Assembly (NCBI GenBank): GCA_028715505.1
Contig: JAQURS010000002.1
Location: 38,658-102,657, forward strand
Source: Patescibacteria group bacterium
GTDB taxonomy: Bacteria > Patescibacteriota > Patescibacteriia > 2-12-FULL-60-25
Direction of reading: 5' to 3'
DNA length: 64,000 nt
Shown: piece by piece, positions 45,522 through 54,896 of the stretch
Numbering within the stretch: the first letter of the stretch is position 1
Layout of the letters: each line of letters starts with the position of its first letter
Position numbers and translations under genes: made by a program
The notes under the pieces: generated by a model
The model's database searches: none
What the model saw: only the letters and a program-made list of their open reading frames with translations
What the model was told of the DNA's origin: nothing

Positions 45522-47267
45522 TTAGCTGAAAAAGGCGATCGGGTCAAGATCCAGGATACCTAGAGAAGAAAAAGGCGTCAAAATATCGATTATTTGCTTA
45601 AAATCGAGCTCTGGAGGGGGTATAAGATGATAGGCAAGCCTTGGTTCACGCGTATTTGGCCGGTTTTCGACCGCGTACGGGCCGCGGATTTCCCAGCCAT
45701 ACTGACCCAGTTGTTCTTGAAGTTCGACGGTTATTGGATCAGTTTCTTGGGCTTTTGCCATGGCGATCAACTTCACGAGGCGACGGGCAGGGGGATAGCC
45801 AAACTGACGGCGATCCTCGAACTCTTTAGTCCAGGATTTCTTGAGGCCCTCGTCGTCCAACCAACCGCGACTTTCGTTAACCAGATCTTCCGGCCCCTGA
45901 ACAAGCAATTCGCATTGGGCCAGGCTGGCTTGGCTGGCCAGACGGCGAAAGGCGATAACCAGTCTTTCCTTGCGGCGCACGTCTTCCGTATAACCTCCAA
46001 CTGAGTTGATGTTAGTGATGATGATTAAACTTTTTGGTGGCAGGCTTTGCAATTGCCATTCGGATAAATCCAGTACCTTGATGTCGCCTTGAGGGTAGGC
46101 CTTAGACAGTTGCTTCTGCATCAAATCGCCTCCAATGATTGATTTAGCCAAATCAGGACCGCCACAAGTTGGACAAGCTAAAGGCAAATCTTCTTTGTGT
46201 CCGCATCTTCGGCACTGGGCGTGAGTCGCCATGTTACTCATGCCATAGTCGCATTTGGGGCAGGGCATGACCCATCCGCAATCCGAACAACGAATTCGGC
46301 CGCGGGCGCCGCCTACGGCATGCAGGACGCGAACGCTTCGTTTGTCTTCGATGGACTGCGCGATTAGGTTTGCCGCTCGGGCCGATAAACTTTCCACGTT
46401 TGAACGCGAGCCAGGCGCGAGCGGTTCAATTTTCAATTCAACTTCGATTTTTGGAGCCGTGGCTTGGCTTGGCGCTGATTCTAGTCTGGGCGTCGTGCCG
46501 ATTGAAATGACGCGCAAAGCTGGATTGTATTCGGCCGCGAGTTTGGCCAAACGGCGCGCGTCATACCTGGGCGTGAGCTCGTCCTGCTTGTAATCGTCGT
46601 TTTCCGGTTCGTCGATGATGACAATATCGGCGCAAATGCCAAGCCAAGCCCCAAGCCTGGTCGTAACCAGCATGCCGTGCGGTTCCGCGAGAAAGCCTGT
46701 CCAGGCTTTCCAGGCGGCGCCCGCGGCCGTCATGGCGTGGAATCCGTCGCAACCGAGTTTGTTTTTTAAGTAATCGACTCGTGATTGCCAGGGCGTCAGT
46801 ATCAAAATCCGGCCATTAGCTTGTTCCTTTTGAACGGTTTCGATCAAACCTCCAGTTCCCGTGTATCGGTTGACCAGAAATTTCTCTTCAAATTGCTTGG
46901 CGTCCTTCGGGAGACGGGAAAGATGATAAGGAGTATGCGGCTCGTCCGACGACAATCTCTTGGGGACGACTCTAAGCCAGGCGTGCAAAAGCGTGGCCGG
47001 ACTGACGAAGAGCTCGTGGGCCGCTTGGCGACAATAATCTGCAATGACTTCTGGTAACTTAAGAATTTTATCCGGATTAGGCAACGCGATGGCTTTATCA
47101 GCCACGTCGCTGGTTGGTGAGATCTTAGCGACCAATCCTGGGATCAGTCGGTTACGGAAAGGCACGAAAATCAAGTCGCCGACATGAACTGAACCGTCCT
47201 CCAGTTTGTAATCAAAAAAATCATGCCCAGCCGGCATCTTCAAAGCGGGGATGACTGAGATGAACAT
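45522..47267 (-). CDS. priA: PriA-like primosomal protein N' with degenerate helicase motifs
   Basis: PriA architecture: N-terminal 3'-DNA-binding region and a Cys-rich insert, CSDCGWVMPCPKC...CRRCGH...CPTCGG. Walker A reads YTGTGGLIE (46839-46865), DExH reads DEPEND, and motif VI is not recognisable. Confidence 0.7.
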   Translation of the reverse strand: MFISVIPALKMPAGHDFFDYKLEDGSVHVGDLIFVPFRNRLIPGLVAKISPTSDVADKAIALPNPDKILKLPEVIADYCRQAAHELFVSPATLLHAWLRVVPKRLSSDEPHTPYHLSRLPKDAKQFEEKFLVNRYTGTGGLIETVQKEQANGRILILTPWQSRVDYLKNKLGCDGFHAMTAAGAAWKAWTGFLAEPHGMLVTTRLGAWLGICADIVIIDEPENDDYKQDELTPRYDARRLAKLAAEYNPALRVISIGTTPRLESAPSQATAPKIEVELKIEPLAPGSRSNVESLSARAANLIAQSIEDKRSVRVLHAVGGARGRIRCSDCGWVMPCPKCDYGMSNMATHAQCRRCGHKEDLPLACPTCGGPDLAKSIIGGDLMQKQLSKAYPQGDIKVLDLSEWQLQSLPPKSLIIITNINSVGGYTEDVRRKERLVIAFRRLASQASLAQCELLVQGPEDLVNESRGWLDDEGLKKSWTKEFEDRRQFGYPPARRLVKLIAMAKAQETDPITVELQEQLGQYGWEIRGPYAVENRPNTREPRLAYHLIPPPELDFKQIIDILTPFSSLGILDLDPIAFFS

Positions 47268-47272
47268 GTTCT

Positions 47273-48064
47273 TTATGCTATATCAAATTTCGCGACAATG
47301 TAACCGACTCCAAAAGGGGCTTCGTAACTCAAGACGTGCGGAGTGACATTCATGTTTTCAAGAGTGCCAAGCAAGGTCGAAATGGGACGGTAACCACATT
47401 GGCCAGCGTTCTCCACGGTTTCAAGCGGTAAAGACAAGAGCGGATTAGGATCGTTGGCGGCCAAAGATTGCTGGACGGCCTCGTCGAACTTCGGTCCTTC
47501 CTGCGATGCGCCGCCGGGCGACTCGGACGTCAACTTGTGTGAAAGGTCAGCGCTCGCGATAACGGCTACGCGACGCGTTTCGGCGTGGATGACGCGTTTG
47601 AGCTGGCGGCCAAACTCAAAATGGGCTTTGCCGTCCATCATGGAAGGCGAGACGGGGAAGAGTTTCCAGTTCTGCAAATGAGTCGTCAAAAGCATGATGG
47701 GAATCGAATAGCCGTAATCCAGTTCCTCGCTTGAAGTCAAAGTGAAAGGTACGCCTTCGTCGCGCATCTTGCGGTGCGTGCGGTCGATCAGCATAAAATC
47801 GCTTTTGGCGGACACGGTAGTTGAAAAATCTCCGAAGGATTTCAAAGTTCCGGCGTAAGAACCCGCCATGTTGGCCGAGAAAGAATCCGGATAGCGCGGC
47901 CCGTGAGGCGCGATAATGCAAAGCGTTTCAGGTTTGGCCAGATAAAGCGCCTGCTCAAATTCCTGGTAAGCGGCCGTGGTTTTGGCCAGTTGCGCCTGAT
48001 GCTCTTTGCCGATGCTCGGCACGAGGAGCGGAGAATGGGGGACTACGCCTGCAAATACGATCAT
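47273..48064 (-). CDS. LigB/MEMO-superfamily protein (class III extradiol dioxygenase subunit B-like)
   Basis: VVPHSPLL, APHGP, DYGYSIP and SADLSH motif pattern. Confidence 0.5.
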   Translation of the reverse strand: MIVFAGVVPHSPLLVPSIGKEHQAQLAKTTAAYQEFEQALYLAKPETLCIIAPHGPRYPDSFSANMAGSYAGTLKSFGDFSTTVSAKSDFMLIDRTHRKMRDEGVPFTLTSSEELDYGYSIPIMLLTTHLQNWKLFPVSPSMMDGKAHFEFGRQLKRVIHAETRRVAVIASADLSHKLTSESPGGASQEGPKFDEAVQQSLAANDPNPLLSLPLETVENAGQCGYRPISTLLGTLENMNVTPHVLSYEAPFGVGYIVAKFDIA

Positions 48065-48073
48065 ATTTTATGA

Positions 48074-49516
48074 TTAATTAGAAGCTAAAACCATCGGTTG
48101 TGTCGGTGAAGTCAACATAAGCGCGGGGCCGATCTCGTATTGCGCAATGATCCTGTCCGGAAGGGTGACGACGTTGTTCCATTTGTATCCCATGGCCACA
48201 AAAACTTCAGCCGACGGGATGGGCCGAAGTTGTCCGGCTTCAACCACGTAAACCGCAGGGCTTGATTTGCCGCGAACGAGTTCGCCGTCATGCAGGACGT
48301 AAGCTTCGCCTAACGCGTAACTTTCGATTGTTGCGGCGGCTACGGTTTTAATCGGCCGACCGGAGAAATACAATTTAATGAAGACTTCGTCCTGCAAAGC
48401 GTGTTTGACGCCGTTTTCCACGTACCAAACCGTTGAGGACTTGGCCGTTTTAACCAAAGCTCCCAAAGGGAAAGCCGTTTTGTCGGTGATTGGATCTAGC
48501 AAAGTCAGGTCGCTTAGGTCGGTCTCGGCCGCTTCGATGAGTTCATCGTCCAAAAATCCGAATTTATGCATCACCTTATCACTAGCGAAAAGCCGTTTGC
48601 CGTTTGAGGCGATCAGATAAAGATTGCCTTCGTCGGTTTTAATGATTGAGTATTTAGGGAATTTAACCGCTGATCCTTCCGAGTACGCGGCTAAGTCGGT
48701 ATCTGAAACAGTAATGATTTTTTTCGGATCGGCCATGGAAAGTAAGACTGATTCGTTGGCAAAGGCCCGCTTTTCACCGTTCTGTATCAAGTACGCGGTT
48801 TTGCTGGGCGAGCCGCGGACGATTGTGCCGTTCGGATAAGCCAAAGCGAACCAGCGCTGCCAAATCTTCCAAAGATTGTAGTTGCCGTGCAAATGCGGAG
48901 TGTAGGTGTAAAGCATGGCCGTGGCGTTGTTGCCTGGCGTCACTGATTGGCCGTCAATCAGCATCGTCTTGCCCACGCTTTTGCCGCCGATGGTCGTGCC
49001 AAAAGCCAAAAGTTGTATCAAATATTTTTCGCGGTGCTGCTTGGCCGCGTATTCCAACTGGTTGGCAAACCCCTTGTATTGTTGGATGACCGGATCGTCC
49101 TTGCTGCAGCTGTCACAAACCGCGTAACCGGCAGCCCAATCGAGCTGTCGGGCGGAAGGATCGGCGTCTTCAACTAATGATTGTTCCTTTTGGAGAAGCG
49201 CCAAAAGATATTTGGGATTAATTTTGTAAGATTGCGATACGCGCCAGATGATATCAATGGCCGGTTTTTCCACGCCGTCAATGTCTTTGACTTTAAGGTC
49301 GGCCAGAGCGCCTTTGTTTTGCAAAAAATGTTTTAGATAGTCGTAAGTCATGCCATAGACATCAAACATGTCGTTGTCCGTGAGCACGATGTTCGGATCA
49401 AAGCTTGGGTCCATGTTAGTGGACGTGGTTTGCGCCTCGATTTGAGACGTCCAGCCAAAATTTCCTAAAATCAGGCCGGTTAATAACAAGCCAATAAAAA
49501 GCCGCTTAGAAGGCAT
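48074..49516 (-). CDS. Secreted protein with an N-terminal cell-wall-hydrolase-like region and four C-terminal repeats
   Basis: Signal peptide. INPKYLLALLQKEQSLVED is lytic-enzyme-like (weak). Four repeats of about 45-60 aa follow the pattern (V)Y(L/V)(I/V)xNGxK(R/H)x(F/I)xSxxVFxxxG(Y/F). Confidence 0.6.
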   Translation of the reverse strand: MPSKRLFIGLLLTGLILGNFGWTSQIEAQTTSTNMDPSFDPNIVLTDNDMFDVYGMTYDYLKHFLQNKGALADLKVKDIDGVEKPAIDIIWRVSQSYKINPKYLLALLQKEQSLVEDADPSARQLDWAAGYAVCDSCSKDDPVIQQYKGFANQLEYAAKQHREKYLIQLLAFGTTIGGKSVGKTMLIDGQSVTPGNNATAMLYTYTPHLHGNYNLWKIWQRWFALAYPNGTIVRGSPSKTAYLIQNGEKRAFANESVLLSMADPKKIITVSDTDLAAYSEGSAVKFPKYSIIKTDEGNLYLIASNGKRLFASDKVMHKFGFLDDELIEAAETDLSDLTLLDPITDKTAFPLGALVKTAKSSTVWYVENGVKHALQDEVFIKLYFSGRPIKTVAAATIESYALGEAYVLHDGELVRGKSSPAVYVVEAGQLRPIPSAEVFVAMGYKWNNVVTLPDRIIAQYEIGPALMLTSPTQPMVLASN

Positions 49517-49565
49517 ATGCCATAATCTAGCATATACGCGCTAAAACATGTAGGATAACTAGCGC

Positions 49566-51176
49566 ATGAAGATTTACTTGGTTTTGGCGGCTATTATCCT
49601 AAGCTTAGCGCTTTTAAGCCAATGGGTGAGGCTTCCTTTATCGTTTCAGGGCGTGTGGATGAGCCCGGACGAGACGGCCAACAGCCTTTCGGCCATGTAT
49701 TTTGCCGATCATGGCAGTTTTTTGATCCCCAACCCCAGCCTGAAAGATTTGCCGTGGGTTTTTCCGAGGAGTTTTGTGCCGATTATCGAAAACGGTGCCG
49801 TGGCTTTGGTGGGATTTTTGGGCATGCCTTTGATTCTAAGTCTGGCCTACAAAGCGATAGGCATTTACGGAATTTTATTTTTTACTCCGCTCTTCGCGCT
49901 GATTTCGCTTTGGCCTTTGTGGAAAAGTTTGCCGAAAGAATGGTCCAAAGGAATCAAATGGGCCGTTTTGCTGGTTTGGATCAGCTTTCCCATGGTTATC
50001 ATTTACGCCAACCGCGGCACGTTCTCAAATCTTTTTATCACCTGCTTGGCGATATGGCTTTGGTGGTTAGTCGTCGAACTTAAAAGCGAATGGAAGTGGC
50101 TAACAGCCGGAGCTGTTTTGGGTTTGACCTGCGTGATTCGGCCAACGGAAGCCGTTTGGTTAGTTCCTTTGGCAGGGTTTGCGGCGCTTTATCAGAGCCA
50201 AATAACTAAAAACAAAATTAAGGCATCAAAGATCATCTGGCTGGCGGTTTTGTTTGTACTTGTAACCGGCGCCGGAGCTTATCTCGGATACAAAACATAT
50301 GGCCAATGGTTTATCAGCGGTTATCAAGTGAGGCCTGACTTTGCCGCGGCTGCCCAAGCTTCGATCGATCAGATCAGCGGCCAAAATTCAATTTCCGTTT
50401 TAAAGGCTTTGCCGTTTGGTATTCATCCGCGGGCAATTCTTTGGAACTCTTATCATTATTTAGTCGAGATACTTTGGCCATGGCTCTTAATGGTCGCCTT
50501 GGCCGGATATTTTTGTTTGAAAGAAAAGATTTGGAAAAAACCTGAGAAATGGATAGTCGCGGCTTTCGCGTGGACGGCCATTTGGCTTACGGCTTTCTAC
50601 GGCAACGGGGTTTATCAGGATCATGTCGGAGTTAACGTGGCGAGCATGGGAAATTCTTACCTGCGTTATCTTTTGCCGTTGTCGCTTTTGGCGGCCGTGT
50701 CCGCCGGTTTTGTGGTCGCGCGTCTTTGGAAATACTGGAGCCTTAGGATTTTATCTCTGGCAATGATCGTCGCTTTGATCGTCGTTGGCCAGTGGAGCGC
50801 CTTAGCCAGGGACGACGAAGGCATGCTGGCCAACCAGGCAGAACTCGCGAGGTACGCCGAAATACGCGACCAGGCTAGGAGTTTCATCAACTCCAATGTG
50901 ATCATTCTTTCGGACAGGAGCGATAAGATATTTTTTCCGGTTTTTAACGCGGCTTCGCCCATGCCGGACGACAAAAGCATCCAAGCTATTTTAGACGCAG
51001 GATATTCCGTCGCCTTGTTCATGCAAACCCAGAGCAGCATCAAATCGGCCCAGTGGTGGGATCGGGGATTTGATTTGAAACCGGTGTTTTCGGATGCCAA
51101 TCAAACTATGTATACTGTGACGGGTAATGGCAACCAACAGGAATTTCCAATGGTTGATCAGAGTCCGACGTTATGA
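49566..51176 (+). CDS. Polytopic membrane protein, GT-C (ArnT/PMT-like) glycosyltransferase candidate
   Basis: 536 aa, more than 10 TM helices followed by a soluble C-terminal domain. Assignment rests on architecture only. Confidence 0.4.
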   Translation: MKIYLVLAAIILSLALLSQWVRLPLSFQGVWMSPDETANSLSAMYFADHGSFLIPNPSLKDLPWVFPRSFVPIIENGAVALVGFLGMPLILSLAYKAIGIYGILFFTPLFALISLWPLWKSLPKEWSKGIKWAVLLVWISFPMVIIYANRGTFSNLFITCLAIWLWWLVVELKSEWKWLTAGAVLGLTCVIRPTEAVWLVPLAGFAALYQSQITKNKIKASKIIWLAVLFVLVTGAGAYLGYKTYGQWFISGYQVRPDFAAAAQASIDQISGQNSISVLKALPFGIHPRAILWNSYHYLVEILWPWLLMVALAGYFCLKEKIWKKPEKWIVAAFAWTAIWLTAFYGNGVYQDHVGVNVASMGNSYLRYLLPLSLLAAVSAGFVVARLWKYWSLRILSLAMIVALIVVGQWSALARDDEGMLANQAELARYAEIRDQARSFINSNVIILSDRSDKIFFPVFNAASPMPDDKSIQAILDAGYSVALFMQTQSSIKSAQWWDRGFDLKPVFSDANQTMYTVTGNGNQQEFPMVDQSPTL

Positions 51177-52639
51177 AATTTCCGAAGTTTTTAATCGTGA
51201 TCGCGTGTTTCATTCCTTGGATCATCGGGGCCGGTGTTTTGTTTTGGATCATGGCTTTGAGATTTCCCATGACCGGTGTTTTTATCGCCCAAAGCGACAT
51301 GACCGGGCAGAGTGCGTTCATTTATCCCTTCTTGCCAGGTGAAAGGACAACCTCTCCGGGCAAGCAGGAGGATGGATGGAGCGGCCAGAGAATCATCAAT
51401 GATCCGGTTTACATGAACGTCCGAACGCCGGGACCTTACGAAACGGTTGATGTCGACGTTGAATTCAGGACGCTCAGACAATCGCTTTTGGAATTTGGGT
51501 TGGTCAAAGATGCCGAAGGCAAGCAGCTTGACCTTTATCCTATGTATTCGGAAATGCTTGAAGGCAAAGATTGGAAACAGGTCGCGACTGACAAGGGTAG
51601 CCATGGTTACGTCACATTCAATACTCCGGTTTCGAGATTGGACGACAAGGATACGCGCGGCTTGGCCATTTGGGGAACAACCACCACCTCGCCGTTGATT
51701 TCCGGGAATCTATTGGGCGAACAAAGATCGTATAGCGTCAATTTGCGCGGCTCTCACGACTTTTGGGTTACTCCGGGCGAGAGTCAAATTAAATTCAGGT
51801 TGGATGTCCAAGATGTTAACCGTAATCGGAGCGGGGGAATGTTGGCTTTGCAGGTTTACCGCGACAATCAGTTGATTTGGCAGGATACGGCCGGAACGAG
51901 CGGCAATCGCGATCAAGGTTATGGCGCCGTGATACCCGTCAACGTGAATTTGAAAGATTTGAGGCCTGGCGTTTATCGCATCAAGGTCACCGCCGATGAC
52001 GACGTGTTTATCCGCCGCGTGGTCACCAAAAATTCGCTTTGGGTGGTCGGTCCGCGTCTGGTGGCCGGCGACATTGTGGGCTTTGCCACGACCTCAACCA
52101 ATTCGTTGAAGGTTTGGACTACGGCGCGCCACATCGTGGCGGAGACTTTTCATAAGGAGGGTTTGCAGGACGTGCAATTCGGTCCGACCGTCGGATCGGT
52201 CAAACGGACGCACACGTCTTTCAGGATTGATCGGAACGATTCAATTGTTGATCCGGTTGCTCTCACCGCGCCACGCGGCGACATTAGATTGGTGGCTGAC
52301 GGTTACTTCGCTTTCGCGCCCGATGCCTTTTTCGAGCCGCAACCCAGAAGACTGACTCCGGAAACGAACGGCAAGCAGGAGGGTCTACAAGCGGTTTTGA
52401 CTGATTACTCGCGGGTGGAGGACTTGGGAGACGGCTGGAAAAAAACCCATCTGAGTTTTCCGGTAACGCCGGACTTGGACACTTTACGGTTCGTTTTATC
52501 GGCGCCCGGCATCGCGTCGCGCGCCGGATCGGTCGACATCCGGCACATAACTTTAACGTATCACCGGGAACCCGTGAGCTTTAAGACTTGGTGGTCGTTG
52601 CTTTTGGCCGAAGCTAAACGCGCTTGGCGGAGATTATGA
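51173..52639 (+). CDS. Membrane-anchored extracytoplasmic hypothetical protein
   Basis: One N-terminal TM helix and a large beta-rich-looking ectodomain. ATGA overlap with the upstream gene. Confidence 0.55.
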   Translation: MKFPKFLIVIACFIPWIIGAGVLFWIMALRFPMTGVFIAQSDMTGQSAFIYPFLPGERTTSPGKQEDGWSGQRIINDPVYMNVRTPGPYETVDVDVEFRTLRQSLLEFGLVKDAEGKQLDLYPMYSEMLEGKDWKQVATDKGSHGYVTFNTPVSRLDDKDTRGLAIWGTTTTSPLISGNLLGEQRSYSVNLRGSHDFWVTPGESQIKFRLDVQDVNRNRSGGMLALQVYRDNQLIWQDTAGTSGNRDQGYGAVIPVNVNLKDLRPGVYRIKVTADDDVFIRRVVTKNSLWVVGPRLVAGDIVGFATTSTNSLKVWTTARHIVAETFHKEGLQDVQFGPTVGSVKRTHTSFRIDRNDSIVDPVALTAPRGDIRLVADGYFAFAPDAFFEPQPRRLTPETNGKQEGLQAVLTDYSRVEDLGDGWKKTHLSFPVTPDLDTLRFVLSAPGIASRAGSVDIRHITLTYHREPVSFKTWWSLLLAEAKRAWRRL

Positions 52640-53007
52640 AATTGACTATTAAAGAAGCTTTTTGGCTTTTTGGAACCCACGTGGCCCTGGCGGCTGGCGT
52701 GACCCTGATTTTGTTAATGGCCATCGAATGGCTGATGCCTGGCTCGGTTTTGCCTTTTGTGGACGTTTTTGACCTGTTATTGCCCGTTTCCGTGCTTTTG
52801 CTTATCATGCTGGCGCACCAGGCCAAGGCATCGATGTTGTCGCGACTGGCCCAATTGCTGCTGGTCGGTTGCGGGGGAGTTTTGCTGCTCGCTATCCTAG
52901 CCATGCGCGTGCAAAACTACAGCCCCTCGGTGCTGGCCCTTTTGGGGGCATTTGTCATCTTGATCGCCGTGTGGATTTTTGGCGCCGCTAAACCCGAAAA
53001 TATTTAA
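52636..53007 (+). CDS. Small membrane protein (hypothetical)
   Basis: ATG at 52636 overlaps the upstream TGA. Four hydrophobic helices. Confidence 0.5.
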   Translation: MKLTIKEAFWLFGTHVALAAGVTLILLMAIEWLMPGSVLPFVDVFDLLLPVSVLLLIMLAHQAKASMLSRLAQLLLVGCGGVLLLAILAMRVQNYSPSVLALLGAFVILIAVWIFGAAKPENI

Positions 53008-53011
53008 CCCT

Positions 53012-53428
53012 ATGTCAGATTGCCTTTTTTGCAAGATTGCTTCCAAAGCCATCCCGGCCGAAGTCGTTTACGAAGACGACGAGGTTTTTGCTTTTTTGGA
53101 TATCAACCCGGTTAATCCGGGCCATGTCCTGGTCATGCCCAAGAAGCATTACGAGGATTTCATGGATATGCCGGAAGAAGTCTGCTTGCCGCTAGTCAGG
53201 ATGATTAAGCGGGTCATGAGTGTTCAGATTGACGGACTGGGCTATGAAGGCGTGAATTTGTTCCAAAACAATAAACCGGCTGCCGGGCAAGTCATCCCTC
53301 ACCTTCATTTCCATGTCATTCCGCGCAAAACCAGCGACGGTTACGTCCATTGGCACGGCCATGAATACGGCAATGGCGAAGCCGCCATCATGGGCGCTAA
53401 AATTCGCGAATCATTAAAAAACCTATGA
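53012..53428 (+). CDS. HIT-family (histidine triad) nucleotide hydrolase
   Basis: CLFCKI start and HLHFHVIPR triad. Confidence 0.88.
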   Translation: MSDCLFCKIASKAIPAEVVYEDDEVFAFLDINPVNPGHVLVMPKKHYEDFMDMPEEVCLPLVRMIKRVMSVQIDGLGYEGVNLFQNNKPAAGQVIPHLHFHVIPRKTSDGYVHWHGHEYGNGEAAIMGAKIRESLKNL

Positions 53429-54447
53429 ACCTATTAGTCTGTGGGGGAGCCGGCTTTATCGGCTCAACCTTTATCCGGCATAAACTGCAAAGCGACCCGG
53501 AATGTAAAATCGTCAACTTCGACAAGCTGACATACGCGGGTAATTTGGCCAATTTAAAAGACATTGAATCCGATCCGCGGTACGCTTTTGTGCAGGGAGA
53601 CATTACGGATTTCGAGGCTTTGAGTAAAGTCGTCAAAGACCATCAGATAACCCATGTCATTAATTTCGCGGCCGAGACCCACGTGGATCGTTCGATCCAT
53701 GGCGGTTGCAAGGATTTTGTTTTGACCAACAGCCTGGGCGTTCAAATGATCTTGGACGCGGTGCGCTTCAATAATTTAGAAAAATTCGTACAAGTTTCTA
53801 CTGATGAAGTTTACGGCGCCCTTGAGCTGAATGATCCAGGCCAATTTACCGAGCAGACTCCCATCAATCCCAACATGCCTTATGCCGCGGCTAAAGCGGG
53901 CGGTGATTTAATGTGCCATGCTTATTTCGTGACACACGGAACGCCGGTCGTGGTTTCGCATTGCTCGAATAATTACGGGCCATACCAGTTTCCGGAAAAA
54001 CTCATTCCGTCATTCATCCTGCGCATCAGCAAAGGCGAACAAGTCCCGGTTTACGGCGACGGTTTGAACGTTCGCGATTGGATCCATGCCATTGACCACA
54101 GCCGCGCTTTGGATCTTTTGCTGCAAAAAGGCGTACCGGGCGAAGTTTACAATATTGGCGCGGACAATGAGCGTAATAACTTGGAGGTGACGCGTCTTAT
54201 CCTCAAATATTTCGGCAAAGGCGACGAGATGATTAAATTCGTGGAAGACCGCAAAGGCCATGATCGCCGTTACGCGATTGACGCGACCAAAATAAAGGCT
54301 TTGGGTTGGGAGCCGCTTTATCCTCGTGAAAAGTTTGAAGAAGCTTTGAAAGATGAGATTGAGTGGTACCTGAAAAATACCGAATGGGTCGACGCGGTGT
54401 GGCAAAGGAAAGCCGAATGGGACGAGAAGGCTTTGCGGGTTGGCTGA
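53425..54447 (+). CDS. rfbB: dTDP-glucose 4,6-dehydratase
   Basis: GGAGFIGS Rossmann motif, STDEVYG and PYAAAKAGGD (YxxxK). Confidence 0.88.
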   Translation: MNLLVCGGAGFIGSTFIRHKLQSDPECKIVNFDKLTYAGNLANLKDIESDPRYAFVQGDITDFEALSKVVKDHQITHVINFAAETHVDRSIHGGCKDFVLTNSLGVQMILDAVRFNNLEKFVQVSTDEVYGALELNDPGQFTEQTPINPNMPYAAAKAGGDLMCHAYFVTHGTPVVVSHCSNNYGPYQFPEKLIPSFILRISKGEQVPVYGDGLNVRDWIHAIDHSRALDLLLQKGVPGEVYNIGADNERNNLEVTRLILKYFGKGDEMIKFVEDRKGHDRRYAIDATKIKALGWEPLYPREKFEEALKDEIEWYLKNTEWVDAVWQRKAEWDEKALRVG

Positions 54448-54465
54448 AAAATTTAGAAGTTAAAT

Positions 54466-54492
54466 AAGTCAGGGGTAAGCCTTGACTTTTTT
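54466..54492 (+). terminator. Rho-independent terminator after rfbB
   Basis: AAGTCAGG/CTTGACTT stem (one G-T pair) with a 7-nt loop, then TTTT. Confidence 0.6.
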
Positions 54493-54559
54493 GAATATTT
54501 TTGATTAGATGCGTCCGCACTTCAAATTCTGTTCCTGCAAGCAATCGGAGGAGGATTTC

Positions 54560-54790
54560 ATGAATGTTGTTCACTGCCCGTGGTGCAAATCGCGGTGGAA
54601 TATTGAGTCCAGCGGTAGTTACAGATGCGACGATTGTGGTGAGACTTTTTACGTGTCTTCACCGAGCACTCCGCACAATACCACTGCTTTCCAGCAAGTG
54701 CGCTTGCCGGGAGAGGGAGCCTTCAGGGCATCGGGGAGCGCCATTGTTGGCATCGGCAAGTTCATCGGTAGGATGATGACCGGATGGTAG
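54560..54790 (+). CDS. Small zinc-ribbon protein (hypothetical)
   Basis: ATG at 54560 follows GGAGGAGG. CPWC-x13-CDDC ribbon. 76 aa. Confidence 0.55.
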   Translation: MNVVHCPWCKSRWNIESSGSYRCDDCGETFYVSSPSTPHNTTAFQQVRLPGEGAFRASGSAIVGIGKFIGRMMTGW

Positions 54791-54811
54791 GAGGCGGGTC
54801 GCTTTCAAATG

Positions 54812-54838
54812 GGAGGCTTGGCTTCAGGCCTCTTTTTT
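54812..54838 (+). terminator. Rho-independent terminator
   Basis: GGAGGC...GCCTCT hairpin followed by a T-run. Confidence 0.6.
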
Positions 54839-54856
54839 ATTTCTCGACTTTGGAAC

Positions 54857-54885
54857 TTGATAATTTGCTTATTTTAGCCTAAGCT
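54857..54885 (+). promoter_or_regulatory. Promoter TTGATA-17-TAAGCT for rfbA
   Basis: It shares the 16-nt core TTTTAGCCTAAG[A/C]TAG with the secA promoter, differing at one position. ATG at 54897. Confidence 0.55.
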
Positions 54886-54896
54886 AGTTTTGTTTT

